From positions 19,964,001 through 20,028,000 of the forward strand of contig NC_043001.1 of the NCBI RefSeq assembly GCF_006345805.1: DNA of 64,000 bases. Direction: 5' to 3'. Position numbers and translations under genes: made by a program. The notes beneath the pieces were generated by a model. It was not told where the DNA came from. It saw nothing but the letters and a program-made list of their open reading frames with translations, and did no database searches. Below are positions 12,353 to 24,230 of this stretch, piece by piece. Source of the stretch: Octopus sinensis (Eukaryota). How positions within the stretch are numbered: position 1 is the stretch's first letter; every line of letters begins with the position of its first letter.

Positions 12353-12601
12353 TATGTGGTTGCAAAACCTTCGAGAAATAGCAGCTGAATTCATTCAAAC
12401 CATATTCTATTAAACTGAAAAAAAGGGTTTGATATACACTATTCCAAGGTGGAAAAAAATAAGATGGAATGGTCACTGCTTGTGTTTCTGTTCTTAGGTC
12501 AGTTCAATCAAAACCAACTTGGGGCTAAACAATAACAAAACAACAACAAAAAAACCCCAGTAGCAACAACTAAAGAGTAAATACAGATTACAGGGTTATA
12601 A

Positions 12602-12930
12602 ATCATCATCATCATCATCATCGTTTAGCGTCCGTTTTCCATGGGTTTTAGCATGGGTTGGACGGGTCAACTGGGGTCTGTGAAGCTGGAAGGCTTCGTC
12701 AGGCCCAGTCAGATCTGGCAGTGTTTCTACGGCTGGATTCCCTTCCTAACGCCAACCACTCCGCGAGTGTAGTGGGTGTTTTTTACGTGCCACCTGCACA
12801 GGTGCCAGACAGAGCTGGCGAACGGCCACGAATGGATGGTGCTTTTACGTGTCACCGGCACGGGGCTAGGCGATGCTGGCAACGGACACGAACGGATGGT
12901 GCTTTTACGTGCCACCGACACGGGGCCAGA
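12602..12930 (-). mobile_element. Family A repeat variant
   Basis: Reverse complement of the family A tail with (CAT)n. Confidence 0.8.
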
Positions 12931-12954
12931 CAGATATATGTATATATAGTGTTT

Positions 12955-13378
12955 ATCATCATCATCATCATCATCATTGTTTAATGTCCGCTTTCCATGC
13001 TAGCATGGGTTGGATGATTTGACTGGTGAACCAGATGGCTGCACCAGACTCCAATCTGATCTGGCAGAGTTTGTACAGCTTGATGCCCTTCCTAATGCCA
13101 ACCACTCCAAGAGTGTAGTGGGTACTTTTACATGCCACCGGCATGAGGGCCAGTCAGGCGATACTGGCAATGGCCATGCTCAAATGGTGTTTTTTTTATG
13201 TGCCACCTGTACAGGAGCCAGTCCAGCAGCACTGGCAACGACCTCGCTTGAATGTTTTTTCCATGTGCCACCAGCACAAGTGCCAGTAAGGCGATGCAGA
13301 TAACGATCATGCTTGAATGGTGTTTTTTACGTGCCACCGGCATGGAAGCCAGCTTGTTGCTCTGGCAATGATCATGCT
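12955..13378 (-). mobile_element. Family A repeat
   Basis: Reverse complement of family A. Confidence 0.85.
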
Positions 13379-13669
13379 CTGTTTATTTATCTAAAAGACT
13401 AAGACATTTAATATTCATTGCAATAAGTATTGTGGAAATGCATGGCTTAGTGTGTTGCACCCATGATTGTAAGATTGTGGTTTCAATTCCTCGACTGTGC
13501 AGTGTGTTGTGTTCTTGAGTGAAACATTTCATTTAGCTGGCAAAAATAAGTGATCTTGCACTGGACCGACATCTTGTCCAATGGAGAAATATGTATGCTA
13601 CAGAATCCAGGAAACTGGCCTTATAGGCCTATAGCTCAGGAAGGATCTTTGATGTTCTTTTTTCACAAC

Positions 13670-13967
13670 TATGTTGTTTGTTCCTTCTTGAACCATGCCT
13701 GGCCCGTAAGAGCTGGTTTCTCAGTTTCATTGGCATATAGGTTCCCCACCTGGATGTGATGCCAGTCTGTCACAGGTGAGCTGCTAAATGCAGGTGGAAA
13801 GAAAGTTGTGGTGAGTCAGCAGAAGTTCACCATTTACCTTCTACCAGAGCTGTGTGGAACTTAGATGTTTCACTCATAAACACACACATCACCCAGTCTG
13901 AGATTCGAACTCATGATCCCTTGCCCATGAGTCCGCTGCTCTAATCACTAGGCCATGTGCCTCCACT
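13670..13967 (-). mobile_element. Family E tRNA-derived SINE (V-domain-like body)
   Basis: Reverse complement head ggaggcacatggcctagtg; same family as 39700-39990 and 55438-55737. Confidence 0.8.
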
Positions 13968-14604
13968 TTCACAACTATAATTATTAATTAATCACTATCA
14001 TCATTATCATTATTATTTAACACTTATTTTTTCCATGCTGGCATGAGATGGATGGTTCAATAGGGCCCAACTAGCTTGAGGGCTGCACTGGTCCCCATGA
14101 GTCTGCTGCTCTAATCACTAGGCCATGTGCCTCCACTTTCACAACTATAATTATTAATTAATCACTATCATCATTATCATTATTATTTAACACTTATTTT
14201 TTCCATGCAGGCATGAGATGGATGGTTCACCAAGCCCAGCTAGCTTGAGGGCTGCACTGGTCCCCATGAGTCTGCTGCTCTATCACTAGGCCATGTGCCT
14301 CCACTTTCACAACTATAATTATTAATTAATCACTATCATCATTATCATTATTATTTAACACTTATTTTTTCCATGCAGGCATGAGATGGATGGTTCACCA
14401 GGGCCCAGCTAGCTTGAGGGCTGCACTGGTCCCCATGAGTCTGCTGCTCTAATCACTAGGCCATGTGCCTCCACTTTCACAACTATAATTATTAATTAAT
14501 CACTATCATCATTATCATTATTATTTAACACTTATTTTTTCCATGCAGGCATGAGATGGATGGTTCACCAGGGCCCAGCTAGCTTGAGGGCTGCACTGGT
14601 CCCC
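13926..14604. repeat. Tandem repeat, 169-170 bp x 4
   Basis: gtc(c/t)gctgct recurs at 13931, 14101, 14270 and 14439. Confidence 0.95.
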
Positions 14605-15532
14605 AGTGTCTGTTTCGACAAAGTTTCTATGACTGAATGCCCTTCCTTCAAACACCAACCTATAACAACTCACAAACAACAACCTATAATAATCTACAAA
14701 CACCAGCTTGCAAAACCCTACAAATGCTAATTTGCAGTAACCTACAAACAGCAACCAACAAGCAGAAGTAATGAAACAGTAATGTGAACTGTAAGACATA
14801 CTCTTAAAGTTTTCCCACCAAACCTCACAACTTTGATTATTATCTGCTGAAGATTTTACTTAATCATCATGCAACATCTCAGAGATGACACATTGCTTCT
14901 GCCAAGACATAACTTCTTATAAGAGCCTTAGGCACTGCTGTAAATACACTTCTGAGATTGGCAAGCATAGAATATAATAAAGAAACCGGAATAGTAAAAC
15001 ATTTAGTGCATGTAAAAAGAAATACAGTATATGTAAAAGTACATCTAAAAGGATATATATATATATATAAAGCTGAAGTTGTCTGTGTGTGGCAGGTTTG
15101 GTAACCTTCAACTAACACTATCTCCTCCGAGACCCTGTGGCGCAAGTTGACCAAAATTGAATGTATGATAGAAAAAGACTTGCTCTTCATTCTGTAGAAG
15201 ATAAAATTCAAATCAGACCATTTTAAGACCAAAAATTATTTACATCAAAAAGGTGCTTTTTTTCTATGAAAATCCTTATTTTTTTCAATTTTTGACTGCT
15301 GTGTCGACATTTTTCGGTGTATTTCAACCAGAAAAATATTCACTTAAAGAGAATAACAAACTACATATTGCAAAATTTTTACTTTTCAAAAATTCCAATT
15401 CTAAAGGGTCGAAACAAACCTGAGCAACGCCGGGCGATACTGCTAGTATATATATATATATATATATCTAAAGTAGTAATAAAATTCAGTTGGAATCCAT
15501 CAAGCTAATTGTTCCATCACAAAGGGAGATTT

Positions 15533-15760
15533 TTAGTCATTTGACTGTGGCCACGCTGGAGTACTGCCTTTTTAGTCGAGTAAATCGACCCCAAGACTTA
15601 TTCTTTGTAAGCCTAGTACTTATTCTATCGATCTTTTGCCGAATTGCTAAGTTACGGGGACATAAACACACCAGCATCGGTTGTCAAGCGATGTTGGGGG
15701 GACAAACACAGACACACAAACATATACATAGATATATATATATATGTATATATATATAAT
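15533..15760 (-). mobile_element. Family B SINE, 3' half (5' half at 18775-18970)
   Basis: Tail-side sequence up to the internal (TA)n. Confidence 0.8.
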
Positions 15761-15773
15761 AATAATAAATATT

Positions 15774-16004
15774 AGGGAATATATCCAAATTTACAGGGAA
15801 AAAAAATCAGATTTAGGATTAAATCAAATTTTATAGTAAAATATTATAAAATATTATTTGAGACAAAACCACTATTTTGCAAAACAAACAAGGAAAGACT
15901 TAATCAATACATAAAATTTTGACTATTATTAAATTTTATGTATTGATTAAGTCTTTCCTTGTTTGTTTTGCAAAATAGTGGTTTTGTCTCAAATAATATT
16001 TTAT
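15774..16004 (+). mobile_element. PLE 3'-end remnant: GIY-YIG-like C-terminus then a perfect 74-bp inverted repeat
   Basis: 15774-15836 reads REYIQIYREKKSDLGLNQIL*, resembling the E-x3-I...GLN end of PLE ORFs; arms 15846-15919 and 15931-16004. Confidence 0.6.
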
Positions 16005-16020
16005 GTATATATATATATAT

Positions 16021-17741
16021 AGGGCCGAGGCTTTCCGCCAACTCAATGACACCTCCTTCTATCCCCTCTGCACTCTAACCCACACGAGCTACCAACAGAC
16101 GGTATCCTCTACTGTCCCAAGACCTCATCTCGTCCTCCCGTCTCCCCCGCACCGCATCCAACCTAATTGTGCGAACCCCACGTACCCCACCATTTACTTC
16201 CTCCCAAAATCCACAACCCAACAACCTGGCCGCCCCATCGTCTCTGCCTGTAACTGCCCCACGGAGCTCATCTCTAAATACCTCGACCGTGTCCTTGCCC
16301 CCCTAGTGGCATCTCTTCCCTCCCACATCCACGATACCAACCATGCTCTCCGGCTTTTCAATCTTTCTCCTTTCCTCCCGGCTCCTCCAAAATCCTTTTT
16401 ACTATGGACATCCAAAGCCTTATACTGTTATCCCTCACCACGAAGGACTGCAGGCCCTTCGACACTTTCTTGACCTCCGCTCTACCCTGTACCTGACACC
16501 TCCACACTCATTCGTCTGGCCGAACTTGTCCTTACTCTGAACTGTTCTCGTTCGCGGGCGAGTTCTACATCAGGTCTCGGGAGTGGCCATGGGAACGCGA
16601 ATGGGCCCCCACTATGCGAACCTGTTCGTTGGCTATGTTGAGGCCCAAATATTCTCTAATTTCACTGGTCCCACTCCTGAACTATATGGTCGTTATATTG
16701 ACGACATTATCGGTGCCACCTCACTCTCCCGCGAACATCTAGATTCCTTCCTCTCTTTCGTCAATCTTTCCATCCAGCCCTCCACTTCACTTCCACTATC
16801 TCCAACACCTCTGTCTCCTTCCTCGACATTTCGGTTAGCATTCTTCACTCCACTCTTACACCTCCATTCACTACAAACACACAGACTCACACTCATACCT
16901 CAACTTCTCTTCCTCCCACCCAGAACACACCAAGCTTTCATCCCCTATTCCCAATCCTCCGTCTACGTAGGCTCTGTAGTGACGACCATGACTTTGAGAC
17001 TCAGTCTCAAGTATGGCTCACCACTTCACCCTACGTGGATACCCCCTCACCACTATCCACACCGCCTTGCCAGAGCACGGTCCGTGGACCGTGTATCTGC
17101 TCTCTCCCCGAACCCGCCCTGTAGTCTCCCGCCTCCCTTTTCCCCTCACTTACCACCCCACGACCCTACGTCTCCAACGCACCATTCTTCGAGCTTTCCG
17201 TCATCTCCAGTCCGACCCGTCCACTTCACACCTCTTCCCTAACCGACCCCTCCCCTCTTTCAAACGAGCCCACAACCTTCGAGACCTTTTGGTCCATAGC
17301 TCCTTCCCTGACCCTACCTCCCAACCGGCTCGTTCCCCTGCTCCCGCCCACGTTGCCGCACTTGCCCTTACCTCTCAAAACACCACCCGCCTCACTAGCA
17401 CCCACCATCGACCCTATCCCATCATCCACTCCTTCACCTGCACCTCCAGCAATATTATCTATTGCATCTCTTGCTCTCTCTGCAATTCCTTGTACATCGG
17501 ACAAACGGGACGCCGCTTGGCTGACCGGTTCGCGGAACACCTTCGTGACATCCACCTTGCGAACGACACACCGGTCTCACGCCATTTCGCTCACACGTCA
17601 CTCCTTGCACACCTATCTGTGTTCGGTTTGTCCTTACACAGAGGCCATCCGGATTCCCGTTTGCGCCGTGAACAGGAATTAATCTTCTCTCTTCGCTCTT
17701 ATACGCCATTTGGTCTCAACTCTCCCCCCCTCCTCATCTAA
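16021..17741 (+). pseudogene. Penelope-like (Neptune-type) RT + GIY-YIG endonuclease, 5'-truncated and frameshifted
   Basis: YFLPK..PGRPIVSACNCPTELISKYLD; AMGTRMGPHYANLF; RYIDD; FTCTSSNIIYCISCSLCNSLYIGQTGRRLADRFAEH; ends PFGLN; spread over several frames. Confidence 0.95.
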
Positions 17742-18583
17742 CCCCCCTCTCCCCCCTCCTCACCTATCCTTTCTCCCCCGACCCCTACTTCTTCAGTCCT
17801 CATCCTTTACCCCTACTCCCCTTCCCTTCTTCCCTCTTTCTCCCTCCCTTTCCTCTTCCCTCTGCTCCCTCACTCCCTCTCTCCCCTTCTCTCTCCCCCT
17901 TCCCCTCTTTCCTCCTTCATCCCCCTCCTCACCTTCTTCCCCCCATCGTCTCCTTTCCTCCTTCTCCTCCCCCTCTTCTTCCCCTCCCCTTCTCTCCCCC
18001 CTCTTCTCCCCCTCCCCCTCTTCTCCTCACTACACCACATGACTTTACACATCACATCACATATGATGTGCCATACTAATACACACACCAACTAATACAT
18101 ACTAATACGTACTAATACATACTAGTACATACTAATACTTACACCAACCCTATACATACACACGTCCAGACCCCGCATACGCACTTATACTCTCTCACAC
18201 ACACACACACACACCTATACATACCAATACGTACTAATACATACTAATACATACTAATACATACACCAACCCCATACATACGCACGTCCAGACCAATCTT
18301 ACGCACTAATACTCTCTCATACACACACACACACACACACCACACCCTATACATACTAATACATACACCAACCCTATACATACAACACAATCCAGACCCC
18401 TCCCACGCACTTTTAGCTGGTCACTCAACCCTTTATCAACCCTATTATCTCCCCTTATTTCGCTCTCGCGTCTCATGTTTGATCTTTGACCTCTGGCCGA
18501 AATCAGATCGCCATGTTGATTCGTTAGCTACTGCACGCATTTTTTTTCTCTCCTTCTTTCTGTGTTTTTCTCTCTGTGTATTA

Positions 18584-18617
18584 TTTCTGTTGAAGAGCGT
18601 AGGCTCGAAACGTTAAA
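18584..18617 (+). ncRNA. Hammerhead-like motif, non-canonical core
   Basis: TTT-CTGTTGA-A-GAGC(GTAG)GCTC-GAAACGTT-AAA; core A6 replaced by T. Confidence 0.45.
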
Positions 18618-18713
18618 GACTTGTTTTATTTATATTTTGAGCGCCATACTAATACAATTGTTCGTTTGTCTTCCACCGCCTTCGTCTTTTGTTTATTTTC
18701 ATAAAGCTTCCCG

Positions 18714-18753
<40 letters not shown>

Positions 18754-18774
18754 CACACACACACACACATAAGT

Positions 18775-18970
18775 ATATACATATATATGACGTTGCTTCT
18801 TTCAGTTTCTGTATATCAAATGCACTCACAAGGCTTTGGTCGGCCCAACACTATAGTAAAGGACACTTGCCCAAGGTGCCATGCAGTGGGACCGAACCTG
18901 GAATGGGACTGAACCAGGAACCATGTGGTTTGTAAGCAAGCTACTTACCACACAGCCACTCCTACGCCTA
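18775..18970 (-). mobile_element. Family B SINE, 5' half
   Basis: Reverse complement taggcgtaggagtggctgtgtggtaagtagcttgcttac head. Confidence 0.8.
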
Positions 18971-19152
18971 TATGTACATTTTACTATGAAAATTGATTCA
19001 ATGTTTTCTTTTGTCTCTCCTGTGTAGATGACAATCTCAAGTGAAAGAAATGTTTCAACTGCAGAGGAGGTAAAGGTCCACTATGAGCTGTCAACTTCTG
19101 AACATAAAATCTCAGTCATATAAATAGTTATCTACAAAAATTCTAGTTCTAA

Positions 19153-19454
19153 TGTGTCTGGGGAGAGTCATTTTCTTTTTGTGCCTTATAATGTAACACA
19201 CTCACCAGTGAAATTTCCACTTATTTCTTATTTTTATTTTCCTAAAATTTTCATTGCGTCAAGACTATTGAAACGGTTGCAAGAGACAACGAAAATTTTA
19301 GGAAAATAAAAATAAGAAATAAGTGGAAATTTCACCAGTGAGTGTGTTACATTATAAGGCACAAAAAGAAAATGACTCTCCCCAGACACAACAGAATATG
19401 CTTCAACACACGAACTCATGTAAAGGATCTTGCAAACCAAATCCAAAAACGAAA
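19153..19454. mobile_element. Asymmetric fold-back insertion (inverted PLE pseudo-LTR-like)
   Basis: Arms about 19153-19251 and 19292-19390, about 64 nt extension, 14-bp direct repeat TCTAGTTCTAATGT (19142-19155, 19455-19468). Confidence 0.8.
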
Positions 19455-19622
19455 TCTAGTTCTAATGTATTATCAAATTCTAACTCCTAATAATACTTCA
19501 TAATGAAGCAATAATTTTGTTGGATATTAGAAAGGCATTTTGTTTATAGAGGAATAATTGATATATTGAACAATGGTAATTGTCACATGATACAACTAAT
19601 AATGATTATAACATGTAGTTAT

Positions 19623-20232
19623 CTCTTCTTATTTCTTTACTGCCTACAAGGGGCTAAACATAGAGGGGACAAACAAGGACAGACAAAGAGATTAAGTTGA
19701 TTACATCAACCCCAGTGCATAACTGGTACTTAATTTATCGACCCTGAAAGGATGAAAGGCAAAGTCGACCTCAGCGGAATTTGAACTCAGAACATAAAGA
19801 CAGACAAAATACCTATTTCTTTACTACCCACAAGGGGCTAAACACAGAGGAAACAAACAAGGACAGACAAAGGGATTAAGTCGATTATATCGACCCCAGT
19901 GCGTAACTGGTACTTAATTTATTGACCCCCTAAAGGATGAAAGGTAAAGTCGACCTCAGCGGAATTTGAACTCAGAACATAAAGACAGACAAAATACCTA
20001 TTTCTTTACTACCCACAAGGGACTAAACACAGAGGAGACAAACAAGAACACACAGACGGATTAAGTCGATTATATCGACTCCAGTGTGTAACTGGTACTT
20101 AATTTTTCGACCCCGAAAGATGAAAGGCAAAATCGATCCCGGTGGAATTTGAACTCAGAATGTAGCGGCAGACAAAATACCGCTAAGCATTTCGCCCGGT
20201 GTGCTAACATTTCTGCCAAGCTCGCTGCCTCG
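19623..20232 (-). mobile_element. Family C tRNA-derived SINE with three tandem about 180-bp body units
   Basis: Reverse complement ...gagttcaaattccgc(c/t)gaggtcgactttgcctttcatcctttc...aagtaccagtt repeated three times. Confidence 0.9.
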
Positions 20233-20294
20233 TGTAGTTATCTACAAGATAGTTATCTGCAGTTATCTCTTCTTTCCATCACAATGTCTAGTCT

Positions 20295-20614
20295 TTGTTG
20301 CAGTATGGTAGCTTGAATGCTTTAATGACCCTAAGAGCTATGTTTGTGGAGCGCAAGTTCCTGGTAGCACCTTCCATGCGGGACAGTTCAAAGGACAGAG
20401 GCAAGGCTAATATGAGCCACCTCTTCCCAGAGGTAAAAATGGGTTTATGTAGGACCAACAACCTTATCTTGAAAAAAGCAAAGTTACAGAAGCACTGATG
20501 ACAATTCAAAACCAACAAGACCAGGGAAATGAAGGACAGCCCAGACTTGAGAACAATGGAGAAAAGTCAGCAATGACCTATGCTCCACAAGGAGCAAAGG
20601 GCTTAAGTAAGTAG
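20295..20614 (+). pseudogene. Decayed 3' end of an RTE-clade LINE
   Basis: Ends AQT*EQWRKVSNDLCSTRSKGLK* then aagtaagt, like RTE C-termini (AQDR..WR..V..LCS). Confidence 0.6.
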
Positions 20615-21338
20615 CATCTCTCCTTATATACTGTGACTAACAGAGGGCCTCTTTACAGGGATCAGTTTTTCAACAGTGTTCGATGAGAGCCTTATATTTT
20701 TTTAACTATATTACTTAAATAGGTGGTGAACTGGCAGAGTCGTTAGAGCATTTAACAGACTACCAAATGGTAGTTGTTCTTACTCTCTGCACTCTGAGTT
20801 CAAATCTCACCAAGGTCATTTGATATTGTTGTATGAGACCACAAGGAAAAGATATGTTCTGTAGTGGAAATTAGCTACTCTCTGGACACCAACATGGTCT
20901 GAAAAATACATGCAGTCTCTTGCTTTCAATTTCAAAGTGCTCTACTCTAGCATTACACACACGTGTGTGTGTGTATAGAATGCAAAATAGAAAACCAAAC
21001 TGTCAAATTGGATTATGATAGCCTTTTATGACTTCCCATTCGGTTTTCCCTGAATACTCAAAGTGTGTCTTGATAGCTGATATCTTTATATTAATATGCA
21101 ACAACAACAAAAGAAAACAGAATAAAGTACTGTCTTCAAGGTATATTTAAAACAAACAAATTCAGTCTGAATTCTCAAAAAAGGAAGAGTCTGTTGGTAA
21201 AATATTTTGCAAGTACAAATGGAACACAAACATACAATTAGTCAAATCAAAGCATATTGTTCATTAGTATTTTTGGATGACATAAACAAACCAATATATA
21301 TTATTGATAGCAGGTTTTAGTAAAAGTTATACAAGTTA

Positions 21339-21747
21339 TAGGCGTAGGAGTGACTGTGTGGTAAGTAGCTTGCTTACCAACCACATGGTTCCGGGTTCAG
21401 TCCCACTGTGTGGCACATTGGGCAAGGGTCTTCTACTATAGCCTCGGGCCGACCAAAGCCTTGTGAGTGGATTTGGTAGACAGAAACTGAAAGAAACCTG
21501 TCATATATATGTATATATATATGTGTGTGTGTATGTTTGTGTGTCTGTTTGTCCCCCCAACATCGCTTGACAACTGATGCTGGTGTGTTTATGTCCCCGT
21601 AACTTAGCGGTTCAGCAAAAGAGACCAATAGAGTAAGTACTAGGCTTACAAAGAATAAGTCCTGGGGCCGATTTGCTCGACTAAAAGCAGTGCTCCAGCA
21701 TGGCCACAGTCAAATGACAGAAACAAGTAAGAGAGTTAAAGAGTAAG
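21339..21747 (+). mobile_element. Family B SINE, full length
   Basis: tRNA-like head, CORE-like ccttgggcaag, internal (TA)/(TG), tail. Confidence 0.9.
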
Positions 21748-22079
21748 TTTGAGCAAAATAAGAAGTTTTTAAAAAATGGCACTTCAAAACATTCCTCTGT
21801 TTTTATTCAATTGAAAATGTTGGTGCATGTTACTGTAAATTGCTAAAAGGGATTTTCAGATTGTCAATGATTAAAGATAGTGCATAAATTATTTCTTAAG
21901 GAATCTGCTTACTCCATGTTCTGTTTAGAAGACTGCTAAATATTTATCTTTACTCTAAATGTCAAAAACTAAAACCATATTACAGAATTGAAATTGGTTC
22001 TCAGCTCTTTTATTTGGGTGACATACATAGGATCGAGATTTTATCCTGTATAACAACCATAAAAAATTCTACTTTGCAG

Positions 22080-22202
22080 GATTCTTATCATGCATATAAT
22101 GTTGGCTGAACGTTTGCTAAAAAAACTCAGAATCCGTGCCCCAGAATACCACATTACGATCACTGTTCCAGAGCTGTCATTGTTTGACGTCCTATTTTTT
22201 TG
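22080..22202 (+). CDS. Candidate coding exon of an unidentified gene
   Basis: ctactttgcAG acceptor and TG|GTATGA donor; 123 nt, open frame ILIMHIMLAERLLKKLRIRAPEYHITITVPELSLFDVLFF; non-repeat sequence. Confidence 0.35.
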
Positions 22203-22426
22203 GTATGATTTGTCATTTAGCTTTTTTCAAAGTCATTTAGATAGATTTAATTAAGCTTTTCTATGGCAATTAATCTAATTCTAACCTACTTAATGTTTTG
22301 GGCCTAATTTTCAGTCAGTGGGACAGAGATTAGGTAACTTGCGCACAGTATGTGATGATATATAATCTAAGAAGCTGATACTTGATAATAAATAACATGA
22401 TACATAATTTATTAATTAAAATACCT

Positions 22427-22830
22427 AAGGTGGCGAGCTGGCAGAAATGTTAGCACGCTGGGCAAAATGCTTAGTGGTATTTCGTCTCTCTTTACGTTCT
22501 GAGTTCAAATTCCGCCGAGGTCGACTTTGCCTTTCATCCTTTCAGGGTTGATAAATTAAGTACCAGTTATGCACTGGGGTCGATGTAATCAGCTTAATCT
22601 GTTTATCTGTCCTTGTTTGTCCCCTCTGTGTTTAGGCTCTTGTGGGTAGTAAAGAAATAGGTATTTCATCTTTTTTTACATTCTGAGTTCAAATTCTGCC
22701 AAGTTTACTTTGCCTTTCATCCTTTCAGAGTCAATAAATTAAGTACCAGTTGTGTACTGGGGTTGATCTAATCGACTAGCTCCATTCCCCCCAAATTTCA
22801 GGCCTTGTGCCTAGAGTAATGATTACAGCA
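22427..22830 (+). mobile_element. Family C SINE with two body units
   Basis: aaggtggcgagctggcagaaatgttagc head. Confidence 0.85.
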
Positions 22831-22999
22831 TGGAAAACAGATGTTAAACAATGATGATGATATATATACATGTATATACATACTATATATATATAAAACT
22901 GAGAATGTGTGTCTGTCTGTCTGTCTCTGTGTATCTGTATGTGTGCATCACTAAGACTTGAGAACTACCCAATTTTAATATATATATATATATATATAT

Positions 23000-23670
23000 A
23001 TTGGTGTGGGCGTGGCTGTCTGCTAAGAACCTAGTTTCCCAACCACATAGTTCCGGGTTCATTCCCACTGTGTGGCACCTTGGGCAAGTGTCTCTACTAT
23101 AGTCTCGAGCTGACCAGTCGAACAACACTTGTTGTTCTATCCTGTTATTTGTATTTGTGTAACATTCTCCATTTTTTCCCATCCTTGATTTCATATACAT
23201 TCGCTGCTTTCTTCCAAAGAATCCAATGCTCTTAGCTTAGTTTTTCCTTGCGGCTGGCCAGATTGGAGCAATCTCGAGTATAACCAGCCGAAATTGCAAA
23301 GATAATCTGGAACTCGACTGAGGAAAGAAAACTCCAAATGACCCGTCCTTGTTTTCTTTGTATCGTCTATCTGGATGTTTTGTTGTCCCTTTTTTGTATA
23401 ACCTTACTGTCTGGATGTTTTGCATTCTTGTTCCATTTTGTATTTTATATATATATATATATATGTTTGTGTGTCTGTTTGTCCCCCCACCATCGTTTGA
23501 CATCGGATGTTGGTGTGTTTACATCCCCGTAACTTAGCAGTTCAGCAAAAAAGAGAGCAATAGAGTATGTACAAGGCTTACAAAGAATAAGTCCTGGGGT
23601 TGATTTGTATGACTAAAGGCAGTGCTTCAGCATGGCCACATTTAAATGACTGAAACAAATAAAAGAATAA
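23000..23670 (+). mobile_element. Family B SINE with about 330 bp foreign sequence in its middle
   Basis: Head 23000-23115, unrelated 23115-23445, (TA)n, then normal 3' half. Confidence 0.7.
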
Positions 23671-23707
<37 letters not shown>

Positions 23708-23708
<1 letters not shown>

Positions 23709-23844
23709 TTTTATCAAAACTGCCAAATTATCACAAAACCGTTACTCAGAGTTTCAAGTTTCTATTCATCGCATAGTTATAATGAATGGGGAATGTGAAA
23801 CTCTGAGTAACAGTTTTGAGATAATTTTGCAGTTTTAATAAAAG
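23708..23844. repeat. Imperfect hairpin with GAAAC-TCTGA-GTA on both arms
   Basis: Arms about 23708-23756 and 23796-23844. Confidence 0.7.
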
Positions 23845-24137
23845 CGTATTACTCTAGCTTTGGAATTCAAGTACTGTTTTTTGCATCCTATTTTGCACTT
23901 ATGTGCTCACCTGCGCGCATGTGTGTGTGCATAGACACATATACGCACACGTGCGCGCACGCACACATATATTGTGAGAATAATTATAATCCAAGTGTCA
24001 ACACTTCATGTAGGAACGTGGTTGGTGTAGCATTCTGTTAACTGAATGTGCATTGGTTAAATTCGAATTGTTTAGAAAGGGGAACACTGGAAATCCAAGT
24101 TATAATCCAATAGGCATAATATATGCCTCACTGAGTG

Positions 24138-24227
<90 letters not shown>

Positions 24228-24230
24228 TAT
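24138..24230. repeat. (TAA)n microsatellite
   Basis: Directly visible. Confidence 0.97.

Larger units (their letters stand above)
16021..18715 (+). mobile_element. Penelope-like element including C/T-rich 3' region and pseudo-LTR
   Basis: Bounded by (TA)n on both sides; 3' region has a pyrimidine tract, ATACATACTA repeats and a hammerhead-like motif. Confidence 0.8.

Noticed and set aside
19028-19069. 42-nt exon candidate (tAG|MTISSERNVSTAEE|GTAAAG)
   Set aside because: Its only open frame is phase 0, which does not fit the 22080 candidate, and there is no other support.
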